A stretch of DNA of 64,000 nucleotides from Desulfobacterales bacterium (GCA_029939715.1 JAOZSJ010000001.1:1614-65613), one strand, 5' to 3'. Numbered from the stretch's first letter, positions 37,943 to 47,241 are shown. Notes: generated by a model from the letters alone, not told the origin. Made by a program: numbers and translations.

Positions 37943-40000
37943 TTAATCTCCTAAAAAATGGATTTTGTCTTTAATTGAGTCAATAACAATATGATCCGGG
38001 TCAACGGTCATGCAGGTATTGAGCAGGTTGTGGAGATGATTTTTTTGCATATAATAATCCAGACCGCTGTCGTCGACCTGGTCAATGAGCTGTTCTACAA
38101 ATTCAAAATATTGGTCGCATACTTCCGGATATGCGGATTGCCTGGCAAGCCCGGCTGCTTTATTCAGTTTACTTTTAGCCATGGCATTATAAACAGCATT
38201 AATCTCCAGCCTGATGACTGTTTGCTCCAGGGTATGGACGGCAAGTTCATTGTCCGGATATATTTTAAGTGCCTTTTCAAGGGCAACCTTTATCTGCTTA
38301 CTGGTAATTTTTCTACGATTATATCCGATTATGGCTGTTTTCGTCATTACAGAAGAGAGTGCCTCTGCAATTGAATCAGACCGTCGTTGTTTATAGAGAA
38401 GAGTTAAAATTTTCTCATAACAAATCAGTTGGTCACCATCATATTGTAGAATCTTGTCAGTAAACCGTTTTTCAATGGAAGGTGCGGATTCAAACAGTTT
38501 TGATGTCAGGGCAAAGTATTGAAGATAATTTTTTTCACTGTTTTTCATGGCAACCTGTCCGAACTCAAACTGCACAAGTCTTATGACATAGTCTGTGAAT
38601 GCATCCTTTGAAGCAGTAAATTCTATTGCAGCAAGCGAATTCAAAGCTTTTTTAACATTACCTGTTTTTAATGCATACAGACTTTTGCCGGCCCTGGAAT
38701 AATAACCTCCGGTTTCCAGATAGTGCTCCCGGTTTTTAAAAAAATTTTTATTCTGTTTGATCAAGTCCAAAATGATATCGGAAAGCCCGTTAATCGTTGC
38801 ATATTCAGGCGTACAAACCTGATCAAAATGCAGGCCCTGTTTCCTGGAAATAGCCAGCAGATCCTTGATTAATTTTTTTTCAATTACAAGATAACTTGCG
38901 GCATGACGGGCACTCAGGGAGTCTGGTTGACTATTTATCCGTTGTTCGGCAATACTGATCAATTGATGTTGAACCTTTTCCCGTTTATCGGGAATATCCG
39001 AAAACCGTGCTGATATATCTTTGGAATAGATTGCAGTAAGCCAGAAGGTCATCATCGGTTCCAAAAATTTTACATCTTCCCCGGCCAGATGAAAATAAGT
39101 CTTGGCATTCAAAGCAAGGATGGCCGGATCATTAGTGACCGTCATCTGCAAAAGAAGGTCTGCAATGGCTACAAACTCCTTCTTTTTCCACAAGTTTTCT
39201 ATCAAAGCCAGTCTGTAGTATGAACAAATCTTTTCAAGAATACTGATCTGCTTTGTACTGCTCATGGTATTGGCAATGACAAGAAGATCATCCGCCCTCT
39301 TGTAGACCTCATTGATATCCGGTTCTTTTCCAATGGTGTTATAAAGGTCAAAACAGGCAAGGGATAGAGCCAGGTGCTTCTGCTCAATGAACGTCTTGTC
39401 ATGGGTATCCAGTTTCTTCCACTGTTTCAGCGCTTCATAGTATTTCCCGATCTTTGCAAGGGCAAAACCGTAATAATATATTGCCTGGTCATGCGGCAGA
39501 TCCAGTTTTTGGAACATTGCTGCTGCTTGAGCATATCTTTCGGCCTTTACAAAACTAAAAGCACCTTTTAAAAGGCACTCCGGATGGCCGTTTTCCCCCC
39601 ATGCCTTGAGATATAGCTCGGATGCCTTGAGATAATCATGGGTTGCCTCAGCTTCCCCTGCTTCGGCATCAATATTGTTCCATGTCAACTTATTTTGCAG
39701 CTCTTTGATTTTGGCGGTTAGCCAGGGGGCATTTAATAGTTTTTCCGCCCCTTGAAAACATGAGATCGCTTCAGATAATTTATCGTTTTTTACGGCTTTG
39801 TGACCCTGTTTTACAAGATCTTTGGCTTTGATAGCCCTGGTTTCTTTGCGACAGATTTCAAGTTTTTCCGCAATTTCATTACTGTTGAGTCTTTTTTCTA
39901 CCTTTTTAAATTCTTTTTCAGCAAGCAGAAAGTTACCGGTCTTGAACAGATTTTCGGCCCGCTTCAGAATGGTATCAATCTTTTTCTTTTTTTTAGCCAT
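37943..40000 (-). CDS. large cytoplasmic TPR-like/alpha-helical repeat protein (685 aa)
   Basis: No signal peptide or TM helix. Repeated A/Y/L-spaced helix pairs occur (e.g. AERYAQAAAMFQKL, YYYGFALAKIGKYYEALKQWKKL, GGYYSRAGKSLYALKTGNVKKALNSL). I recognise no catalytic motif. It has a 7-nt gap to the J-like gene and a 4-nt gap from the upstream gene. Confidence 0.6.
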   Translation of the reverse strand: MAKKKKKIDTILKRAENLFKTGNFLLAEKEFKKVEKRLNSNEIAEKLEICRKETRAIKAKDLVKQGHKAVKNDKLSEAISCFQGAEKLLNAPWLTAKIKELQNKLTWNNIDAEAGEAEATHDYLKASELYLKAWGENGHPECLLKGAFSFVKAERYAQAAAMFQKLDLPHDQAIYYYGFALAKIGKYYEALKQWKKLDTHDKTFIEQKHLALSLACFDLYNTIGKEPDINEVYKRADDLLVIANTMSSTKQISILEKICSYYRLALIENLWKKKEFVAIADLLLQMTVTNDPAILALNAKTYFHLAGEDVKFLEPMMTFWLTAIYSKDISARFSDIPDKREKVQHQLISIAEQRINSQPDSLSARHAASYLVIEKKLIKDLLAISRKQGLHFDQVCTPEYATINGLSDIILDLIKQNKNFFKNREHYLETGGYYSRAGKSLYALKTGNVKKALNSLAAIEFTASKDAFTDYVIRLVQFEFGQVAMKNSEKNYLQYFALTSKLFESAPSIEKRFTDKILQYDGDQLICYEKILTLLYKQRRSDSIAEALSSVMTKTAIIGYNRRKITSKQIKVALEKALKIYPDNELAVHTLEQTVIRLEINAVYNAMAKSKLNKAAGLARQSAYPEVCDQYFEFVEQLIDQVDDSGLDYYMQKNHLHNLLNTCMTVDPDHIVIDSIKDKIHFLGD

Positions 40001-40004
40001 TTAT

Positions 40005-40958
40005 TTATTCCAGAAAAACCCCTACCTTCATTCCGGGTTCAAGGGGTGTGTCTTCAACAAGGCAATCCTTCTGATTCAAACAGTATCGTTTCATGATGGC
40101 CTTTCGTGTATCTCCGGGTCGAACCGTATATCTCCAGTAACGCCTGTTTTGTTTTTTGCCTGTTACGGCCTTGTAAACACAGGCAGCCAGTGTTTTATCA
40201 CACAGATAACGAATCGTATCCCTGCTGCTGATATTGTACACCTGAAGATCGGGATTATGTTCCAGCAGTATTGGATAAAAGATTCCCGAGCCATAAAGAT
40301 CATCGGCAATGTCCCACAGGGTATCATCATCCTTTGCGTGGTAAACGGCAAAGCACGGTTTTTCCTTTTCCACTCCGTCTTGAATCTTAAAAGACTCCTT
40401 AATTTCTCCTGTAACAAGTTTAGAAGCCTTTTTTCCCAACACATTTTCAGTCAATCGAATTTCATGCTCTTTTGTCATCTCAACCAGTTCTTCAATACGC
40501 TCTTCCAGATGATTCATCCGCCTTGTGCCTGCCTCCAGAGCAGTCATGATCACTTCTGGATTTTTATTGAGCACCTTTGTCATCCGGACCACGTCAGTGT
40601 CAATTTTTTGTACAGTAGATTCCATGGCGGAAAAACGATGGCCGGCATATCCGAAAAAACAGACAAGCATTACTATAATTATCCCCCCCTGGACAATCGG
40701 ATTCCATGGAATTTTTCTTTTGTAAGCCTTATCGGCACCCGACCACAATTTATCCTGTTCAACTGCTTGTTTGCCGGTTTTGGTGGACAAATCCGGCCGT
40801 AAGTCATTTATAGAGTCAGTCAATGATGCCCGGGGCTGATCCGGCAGGGCGTCTAAAAGCTTAAAGCAGATCAAATCCGAATCGCACTGGGGACAGGTAT
40901 CCCCGTCCCGGGGAATATGCTCAAAATGACAGACAGGGCAGGTTATTCCAGAGCTCAT
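40005..40958 (-). CDS. bitopic membrane protein: N-terminal zinc ribbon, TM helix, coiled coil, C-terminal LysM-like domain(s)
   Basis: 317 aa. Zinc ribbon CPVCHFEHIPRDGDTCPQCDSDL and TM helix IVQGGIIIVMLVCFFGYAG. A coiled coil is followed by AVYHAKDDDTLWDIADDLYGSGIFYPILLEHNPDL (LysM pattern) and a second partial YTVRPGDTRKAIMKRY. Its start abuts the Hsp70 stop with a 0-nt gap. Confidence 0.65.
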   Translation of the reverse strand: MSSGITCPVCHFEHIPRDGDTCPQCDSDLICFKLLDALPDQPRASLTDSINDLRPDLSTKTGKQAVEQDKLWSGADKAYKRKIPWNPIVQGGIIIVMLVCFFGYAGHRFSAMESTVQKIDTDVVRMTKVLNKNPEVIMTALEAGTRRMNHLEERIEELVEMTKEHEIRLTENVLGKKASKLVTGEIKESFKIQDGVEKEKPCFAVYHAKDDDTLWDIADDLYGSGIFYPILLEHNPDLQVYNISSRDTIRYLCDKTLAACVYKAVTGKKQNRRYWRYTVRPGDTRKAIMKRYCLNQKDCLVEDTPLEPGMKVGVFLE

Positions 40959-43298
40959 TTACCGGGTAATACCTTTTTGAATCGTTCCGGTTTCAGAATC
41001 GTATTGCTGAAGCACTTTTTTTACCTCAGGTTGTATTTCGCTAAGAGTTGACTCAACCAACTCATAGTTTTCTTTTAACGTTGCCTCCATAATAGTTGAA
41101 ACGGCATTATAAAATTTAGGCGATCTGGAAGGTTCATGCTCATCACACAGTTCTCCAGCACTGGTAATATCCATGAGAATATTAATTATCGGGAAGCTGT
41201 CAAAGAATGTGTCCAGATCATTATAGGCATCAAGGTTCTCTTCATATGTTCCATCAAGATTCATTTTTTTGAGATGTTTTATCTTTTTCTTCATCAACGA
41301 CTGATTTTTTGACGAAAATGCTTTGGAAAAATCTTGCAGAGCGCTTTGAGCATAATATATTAAAGAATAACAATTCACTCCTTCTTCCGCCAGTCGCTTT
41401 GTCTTATCGATTTTCATTTCCACAAGGTTATAAATAGGTTCTATAATCTCACCGGTCTTTTTATCGATCACACTATGGATATCCTTAATGATGGAAACGA
41501 TTCGGGTTGTCATGTCATCAATGGTATAGGTGCTGTATTCATTTTTATTGGACTCATTGATCATGTCTTCCAGAGCCATAAACAACTTTTCATCAGCCTT
41601 TCCCCTGGATAATGTTTTGGTCAACTCAACCCCGGGCAGCTCTCTCAGGGATGCAGCAACTTCAACAAGATTATTTTCATCAATTTTCAGAGTTACCTCA
41701 ATACTAAGGGGCAGTTCCCTGATCTCCTCGGAGAGATCTCTCCGGTAATCATTAACGTCTTCAGTGTCAATATCCAGCCAGAAGTCACCGATAGACTCAT
41801 ATTTATCATTGACAATGTTAAAAAATTTTATATGCACAAGCTGCTGATCAGAATGAACAAGTTTAAAAACTTCCGTCCGCTCGCAGGGAAGAGGCGTATT
41901 CTTTTCAATAAACAGATATTTGTCTCCATTTTCAAGGACAACATAATAATCATGGGCCGCTGAATGAACAATATCAAAAACGCCCTGATCTATGATATGC
42001 TTTTCCAGATCAAATCCACATTTGCTACAGACAATGTCTGACTGGGAAACCGTGTTTCCACACCCCATGCACTCATAGGTATCGGAAAGCCGATGGCTTA
42101 AAATGGCGGCCCCTTCAGCAATGGCAAGCATGGGCCGCTCATGGACAAGCACTTTATCCGGTCCGAATATATCTTTTACAGCCCTGATAATACATGGAAT
42201 TTTTGAACTTCCACCAACAAGCAGCACATTGTCTATAAGATCCGGTGTAAAATGAATATCATCAAGCAGCTTTCGGGTCAGTTCCATGGCGTTTTTCACC
42301 ACAGGCCGGATAATTTCTTCAAACTGTTTTCTTGTCAAGGCAACATCTACATCCAGAAGGTCACCATCCTGGTCCTTTAAAAGACCCAGAAGTTCAATAT
42401 AAGCTTCGTCCTGATCGCTCAAGTTGATTTTTGCCTGCTCCACAGCAGCCGTCAACTCACCCAAAAAACGATTTTTCACCCCATTTTCCTGATGGTCTAT
42501 CACTTGGGCGATATCCCCAATATCATATTCACGCGCTGTTTCACTGAGCACAAAATCTTCGATTTTCCGGTCGATATCTTCTCCGCCCAGCCACATATTG
42601 CCGCCCTTGCCCTGTTCAATAAACTGACCGCCGCTGATAGTAAGCACAGACAGGTCAAAAGTTCCGCCTCCAAAATCAAATACCATGATTGTTTTGGCTT
42701 CATCATTTTTTACCTGATCAACTCCAAAAGAGATGGCAGCCGCAGTAGGTTCCGGAAGCAGCCGCTGCACTTTCAACCCGGCAAGGGATGCAGCAGTTCT
42801 TGTGGCATGCTTCTGCTTGTCGTTAAAATAGGCGGGCACGGTAATCACTGCATATTCAATCGCATCATGCAGGAAGGCTTCAGCATCCTTGTGCATTTTT
42901 TTAAGGATTTTGGATGAGATTTGTTCAGGGGTATATTCTTTTTCGTGTAAAAGGATGGCAAGGCTGTTCTCGGTCCCCATGGACTGACAGGTTATGGTAT
43001 TAAATTGCCGATGCCCTGATATAATTTTTTGAACTTCCGGGTTGGTAAAGCTTCTTCCCATCAATCGTTTAACTGCTGTCACTGTATTTACCGGATCCTG
43101 CTTTATCCATTCCAGGGCATGCTTTCCAACAATAAATTCCTGTCGTTTGATCAGTCCTACTAATTTTTTTTTCTTAACTGTAAGACATGACGGCGTTATC
43201 AGATCTCCCTCACTATTTTTAATAATTTCGATATGTACTTTTTTAATAGCTGCTGCTGAATTAGTTGTTCCCAAGTCTATTCCGATGGATTTTGGCAT
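40959..43298 (-). CDS. atypical Hsp70-family ATPase (779 aa) with zinc-ribbon insertion and non-canonical C-terminal domain
   Basis: Hsp70 NBD motifs IGIDLGTTNSAAA, VITVPAYFND, VFDFGGGTFDLSVL and LLVGGSSKIP. A CxxC-x10-CxxC ribbon (ECMGCGNTVSQSDIVCSKCG, aa 410-427) follows the NBD. A beta-rich segment and a ~200-aa helical tail come next. The tail is unlike the DnaK lid and has no acidic EEVD-like end. Confidence 0.9.
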   Translation of the reverse strand: MPKSIGIDLGTTNSAAAIKKVHIEIIKNSEGDLITPSCLTVKKKKLVGLIKRQEFIVGKHALEWIKQDPVNTVTAVKRLMGRSFTNPEVQKIISGHRQFNTITCQSMGTENSLAILLHEKEYTPEQISSKILKKMHKDAEAFLHDAIEYAVITVPAYFNDKQKHATRTAASLAGLKVQRLLPEPTAAAISFGVDQVKNDEAKTIMVFDFGGGTFDLSVLTISGGQFIEQGKGGNMWLGGEDIDRKIEDFVLSETAREYDIGDIAQVIDHQENGVKNRFLGELTAAVEQAKINLSDQDEAYIELLGLLKDQDGDLLDVDVALTRKQFEEIIRPVVKNAMELTRKLLDDIHFTPDLIDNVLLVGGSSKIPCIIRAVKDIFGPDKVLVHERPMLAIAEGAAILSHRLSDTYECMGCGNTVSQSDIVCSKCGFDLEKHIIDQGVFDIVHSAAHDYYVVLENGDKYLFIEKNTPLPCERTEVFKLVHSDQQLVHIKFFNIVNDKYESIGDFWLDIDTEDVNDYRRDLSEEIRELPLSIEVTLKIDENNLVEVAASLRELPGVELTKTLSRGKADEKLFMALEDMINESNKNEYSTYTIDDMTTRIVSIIKDIHSVIDKKTGEIIEPIYNLVEMKIDKTKRLAEEGVNCYSLIYYAQSALQDFSKAFSSKNQSLMKKKIKHLKKMNLDGTYEENLDAYNDLDTFFDSFPIINILMDITSAGELCDEHEPSRSPKFYNAVSTIMEATLKENYELVESTLSEIQPEVKKVLQQYDSETGTIQKGITR

Positions 43299-43449
43299 AA
43301 TTATTCCTCAATTATTAATAGTCAAAATTTTAGATTTAGTGGATATCAAAGCCAAAACCTCATTGCAATATTTATTGTAATCTGGGCCACCCTCGATCAA
43401 GTCTTATTTCCTGTCGCTGCCGGGGCATGGTATTTTATATAAAAATATC

Positions 43450-43478
43450 TTGACAGCCCATTTTCGATTTTGTATTAG
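43450..43478 (+). promoter_or_regulatory. candidate sigma70 promoter for rpsT
   Basis: TTGACA (43450-43455), a 17-nt spacer, then TATTAG (43473-43478), about 60 nt upstream of the rpsT start. Confidence 0.4.
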
Positions 43479-43539
43479 TTCTAATTTTACAAACAACCAT
43501 TGTTGATTATAATTATTGTTAAATAAAGGAGTTAATAAC

Positions 43540-43806
43540 TTGGCCAATCATAAATCCGCACTTAAGCGCGCCCGGCAGAATGAGATCAACCGGCTTCGCA
43601 ATAAAACTACCGGCACCAAGGTAAAAAATATTGTCAAACAGGTCCGTCTGGCGGTCAGTGAAAACCCCGATGAATCAGTCACAACCGACCTGAACAAAGC
43701 AAAATCCATTATCGACGTCGCAGTAAAGAAGGGCGTCATTCATAAAAAAACAGGTTCGCGCAAAATATCCCGCCTCGAAAAACTGGCAGGCAAAATAAAT
43801 AGCTGA
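43540..43806 (+). CDS. rpsT: 30S ribosomal protein S20
   Basis: ANHKSALKRARQNEINRLRNK is the S20 N-terminus. TTG 43540 is preceded by AAGGAG at an 8-nt spacing. The track ORF starts at an upstream in-frame TTG (43516). Confidence 0.9.
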   Translation: MANHKSALKRARQNEINRLRNKTTGTKVKNIVKQVRLAVSENPDESVTTDLNKAKSIIDVAVKKGVIHKKTGSRKISRLEKLAGKINS

Positions 43807-43815
43807 TTAAAAACA

Positions 43816-44343
43816 CTAAAATTTTTCTGTTACACGGGAGTATACCACTTCGGCAAGACGCCGGGCAAGTTTTTCAATAGCACCTGTCCGGTTTTGTTCG
43901 GTCCCGGGCTTTTCGGGTTCAACATCATAGGCCTCTCTGTCTGTCAGGCCTTTTACAGACCAGATGATCGCGCCGTCAATTCCGGCAAGTTTTACATCAA
44001 CGGATAAGCTCACCCGCCTTTCCAGTGCCGTCTGCTGTCCGCTGCGGGATATGGTATGAATCTGCAACGATTCAACCGATCCGCTCAGCACCGCATGCCC
44101 GCCTTTCGAGCCACCGCCGACCTTCACGCCCCGGCTCACAAACTCGGCTATAAGGCATCTTGTAACAATATTTTCCACGCCTGTCTCGGCTGTACGATTT
44201 GCAAAAACCGTGATACCTACATCCCGGATGCCTTCCGGCAGGTTCCCCTGCCCGGCAAAGCGGTAGCCGCAGGAAGAAATCAGCATTACCAGCACTCCTG
44301 TAAAAACAACCCAGCCATATTTATATTTCATCTTCAGCGGCAT
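43816..44343 (-). CDS. lptE: LPS-assembly lipoprotein LptE
   Basis: 175 aa with lipobox LISSCGYRFAG. The position immediately downstream of leuS is the conserved leuS-lptE arrangement. FANRT...VE motif. Confidence 0.75.
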   Translation of the reverse strand: MPLKMKYKYGWVVFTGVLVMLISSCGYRFAGQGNLPEGIRDVGITVFANRTAETGVENIVTRCLIAEFVSRGVKVGGGSKGGHAVLSGSVESLQIHTISRSGQQTALERRVSLSVDVKLAGIDGAIIWSVKGLTDREAYDVEPEKPGTEQNRTGAIEKLARRLAEVVYSRVTEKF

Positions 44344-44362
44344 TATTGCTGCTCCATGGCCA

Positions 44363-46966
44363 TTACACCACGATGTTAACCAGCTTTCCTTTTATGACAA
44401 TAATCTTTTTCACGGGCTTTTCGCCGATAAACTTCCGGATATGGTCATTTGCAAGGGCCGTTGCCTTGAGGTCGGCATCACTCGTGCCGGCGGCAGCGTT
44501 GAATCGGCCTCTGAGTTTTCCATTTACCTGAACGACAATCAGCAAATCATCCCGGACAAGTGCTTCTTCTTTATAATCAGGCCAGGTTTCCAGCAGAATA
44601 CTCGAATCGTGGTCAAGGGCCTGCCAGATTTCCTCGGCGTAATGAGGAACAATCGGAGATAAAAGTAAAGCCGTCGTCTCCACGGCAAGACGCATAACCG
44701 CGGACTTGTGCTCATTTCCGGATTCATATTCTATCTGGTGCATGGCATTTACCAGTTCCATGATTGCGCTGATGGCCGTGTTAAAATGAAACCGGTTTTC
44801 TATGTCTTTACCGACTTTTTTTATGGTTTCATGAACTTTTTTATACAAATCGCGCAGATTGACTTCAAGTTCGGAGATATTTCCACTGTAAGGATCGCAA
44901 CCTGCAATTTCTTCAATCCAGCTATAAGTACAGCGCCATACACGGTTCAGAAAACGGTAACCGCCCTCGACTCCCTGCTCTTTCCACTCCAGATCGCGCT
45001 CAGGCGGTGCCGCAAACAGACAGAACAGCCTCGTGGTGTCGGCTCCGTATTTTTCAAGCAGAATGTTGGGATCAACCACATTTTTTTTCGACTTGGACAT
45101 CTTTTCGACTCTGCCTACTACCACCGGGCTGCCGCATCTTGTGCAGGCCCTGTCGTCACCGCTCCCAGTGACTTCCTCGGGAAACAGAAATCCGTGCTCC
45201 GGACATGTAACTGTTTCCTGGCAGACCATTCCCTGGGTCAAAAGACGGGTAAAAGGCTCCTTATATTTAACCAGGTCCATATCCTTGAGCACCCGGGTAA
45301 AATACCTTGAATACAAAAGATGCAGCACTGCATGCTCGACGCCGCCGATATACTGGTCAACGGGCATCCAGTAATCCACGGCCGCCTTGTCAAAGATACC
45401 GTCATCACAGGCCGGGCTGCAGTAACGTTCAAAATACCAGGAGGATTCCACGAATGTATCCATGGTATCGGTTTCCCGGCGGGCGTCACTGCGGCCGCAT
45501 CGCGGGCATCGGACCACGGCAAAGTAATCCAGTTCCGAAAGCGGTGATTTGCCGCCTTCGAGGAGATCGGCATCCTCGGGAAGCACGATGGGAAGGTCTT
45601 CTTCGGGAACCGGAACAATTCCGCAGCTTTCGCAATGAATCATGGGAATCGGTGCACCCCAGTAGCGCTGCCTTGAAATCCCCCAGTCCCTGATCCTGAA
45701 ACTGACGGTCTTTTTGCCAATTTCATTTTCCACCAGCCAGGAGGCAATATCATCCAGGGCCCGGCTGTTTTCAATTCCATCGAACTGCCCGGAATTGATC
45801 ATGATCCCATCGCCCGTATACGCCTCGGTCATTTGCCGGCCATCAACCTGCCCGTTGTCCGGTTTGACAACCACAACGATGTCCAATCCATATTTTCGGG
45901 CAAAATCAAAATCGCGTTGATCATGAGCCGGCACAGACATGACCGCACCGGTCCCGTACTCCATGAGCGCGAAATTCGCGGCCCAGATGGGCATACGGCG
46001 TCCGCTCAATGGATTGATACACCAGGCCCCTGTAAAAACCCCCTCTTTTTCATAGGTTTCCACAGCCCTGCTGGACCGGTCCTGAAGAGCGATGCGGCTT
46101 ACAAATTCAGCGACGGATTGTTCCTGGTCCGTTCCCTTTGAAAGTTTGGCCACCAGTGGATGTTCCGGTGCAAGACACATGAAGGTAGCTCCGAACACCG
46201 TATCCTGCCGGGTCGTAAATACAGTGATACCCTGATCGGCATCATCGGGCGGATTTTCAATGGAAAATCTGATTTCAGCCCCCACGCTTTTGCCTATCCA
46301 GTTTTTCTGCATCGTGATAACTTTGTCAGGCCAGCCGGAAAGCTTATCGCAATGGGCCAGCAGGTCTTCGGCATCCTCGGTAATACGAAAAAACCACTGC
46401 CAGAGTTTTTTCTGGCGTACCTGTTTGCCACATCGCCAGCACATGCCGGCCTCGACCTGTTCATTGGCCAGTACCGTCCGGCAGGTGTCACACCAGTTGA
46501 CAAAAGATTCTTTTCTATAGGCCAGTTTCTTTTCATACATTTTCAAAAAGAGCCACTGCTCCCATCTATAGTATTCGGGCCTGCAGGTGGCTATTTCCCG
46601 ATCCCAGTCATAGGAAAAACCCATCCGTTTGAGCTGAGCGCGCATGGCATCGATGTTTTCATAAGTCCAGGCGGCAGGATGTGTATCATTGGCAATGGCC
46701 GCATTTTCAGCCGGCATTCCAAATGCATCCCAGCCCATGGGGTGCAGCACATTAAAGCCCTTCATCCGTTTATAACGGGCCACTACGTCGCCGATGGTGT
46801 AGTTGCGCACATGCCCCATGTGAATTTTTCCTGAGGGATAGGGGAACATTTCCATCAGGTAGTACTTTTCACGCTCAGGATCTTCCGTTACCTTGAAAAT
46901 TTCTGATTCTTCCCATATTTTCTGCCATTTTGACTCAATTGTCCGCGGATTGTATCTGTTTTCCAT
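44363..46966 (-). CDS. leuS: leucine--tRNA ligase
   Basis: 867 aa. [17 protein letters not shown] (HIGH) and [12 protein letters not shown] (KMSKS), with CP1 editing-domain motifs. Confidence 0.97.
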   Translation of the reverse strand: MENRYNPRTIESKWQKIWEESEIFKVTEDPEREKYYLMEMFPYPSGKIHMGHVRNYTIGDVVARYKRMKGFNVLHPMGWDAFGMPAENAAIANDTHPAAWTYENIDAMRAQLKRMGFSYDWDREIATCRPEYYRWEQWLFLKMYEKKLAYRKESFVNWCDTCRTVLANEQVEAGMCWRCGKQVRQKKLWQWFFRITEDAEDLLAHCDKLSGWPDKVITMQKNWIGKSVGAEIRFSIENPPDDADQGITVFTTRQDTVFGATFMCLAPEHPLVAKLSKGTDQEQSVAEFVSRIALQDRSSRAVETYEKEGVFTGAWCINPLSGRRMPIWAANFALMEYGTGAVMSVPAHDQRDFDFARKYGLDIVVVVKPDNGQVDGRQMTEAYTGDGIMINSGQFDGIENSRALDDIASWLVENEIGKKTVSFRIRDWGISRQRYWGAPIPMIHCESCGIVPVPEEDLPIVLPEDADLLEGGKSPLSELDYFAVVRCPRCGRSDARRETDTMDTFVESSWYFERYCSPACDDGIFDKAAVDYWMPVDQYIGGVEHAVLHLLYSRYFTRVLKDMDLVKYKEPFTRLLTQGMVCQETVTCPEHGFLFPEEVTGSGDDRACTRCGSPVVVGRVEKMSKSKKNVVDPNILLEKYGADTTRLFCLFAAPPERDLEWKEQGVEGGYRFLNRVWRCTYSWIEEIAGCDPYSGNISELEVNLRDLYKKVHETIKKVGKDIENRFHFNTAISAIMELVNAMHQIEYESGNEHKSAVMRLAVETTALLLSPIVPHYAEEIWQALDHDSSILLETWPDYKEEALVRDDLLIVVQVNGKLRGRFNAAAGTSDADLKATALANDHIRKFIGEKPVKKIIVIKGKLVNIVV

Positions 46967-47241
46967 TATTTGTTTATCCCGTATTCATCAGCAGGGTGTG
47001 AATATTTTTTCCGATAAAATATCTTTTTTGTTAAAGCTTATTTAAACGTCGTTATCGGCCCCTTTATTTTGAATCGTCATGCCATACTATGCCTGAAATA
47101 GCAAGTAGCGATTAAAATTTGCGCGCCATATCGAAGAAAACATCAGGAACCCATGAGAATTAAAGAAAAATCATTTGACTTGCATTTAACAATTGCCTAT
47201 CACTGTCACTGACTTATAATAAAAATCAGGAAAAATAATAC

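Noticed and set aside
39822-40802. 326-aa plus-strand ORF across the Hsp70-module genes. Similar long antisense ORFs occur at 4630-5400, 8024-8890, 14409-15296, 26691-27548, 29124-29828, 46160-46834 and 61934-62701.
   Set aside because: Each is antisense to a gene with strong family motifs (LysM/TPR genes, argH, argB, NfeD, Wzc, Wza, leuS, leuA). Each has low-complexity or unrecognisable translations. These are typical shadow ORFs.
46967-47241. Search for a T-box or riboswitch leader in the leuS/rng divergent spacer
   Set aside because: I found no specifier-loop or T-box consensus, and no terminator/antiterminator pair. There is only a 7-bp stem with a 36-nt loop (CCGATAA...TTATCGG) plus promoter-like hexamers for rng (TTGACT 47175-47180).
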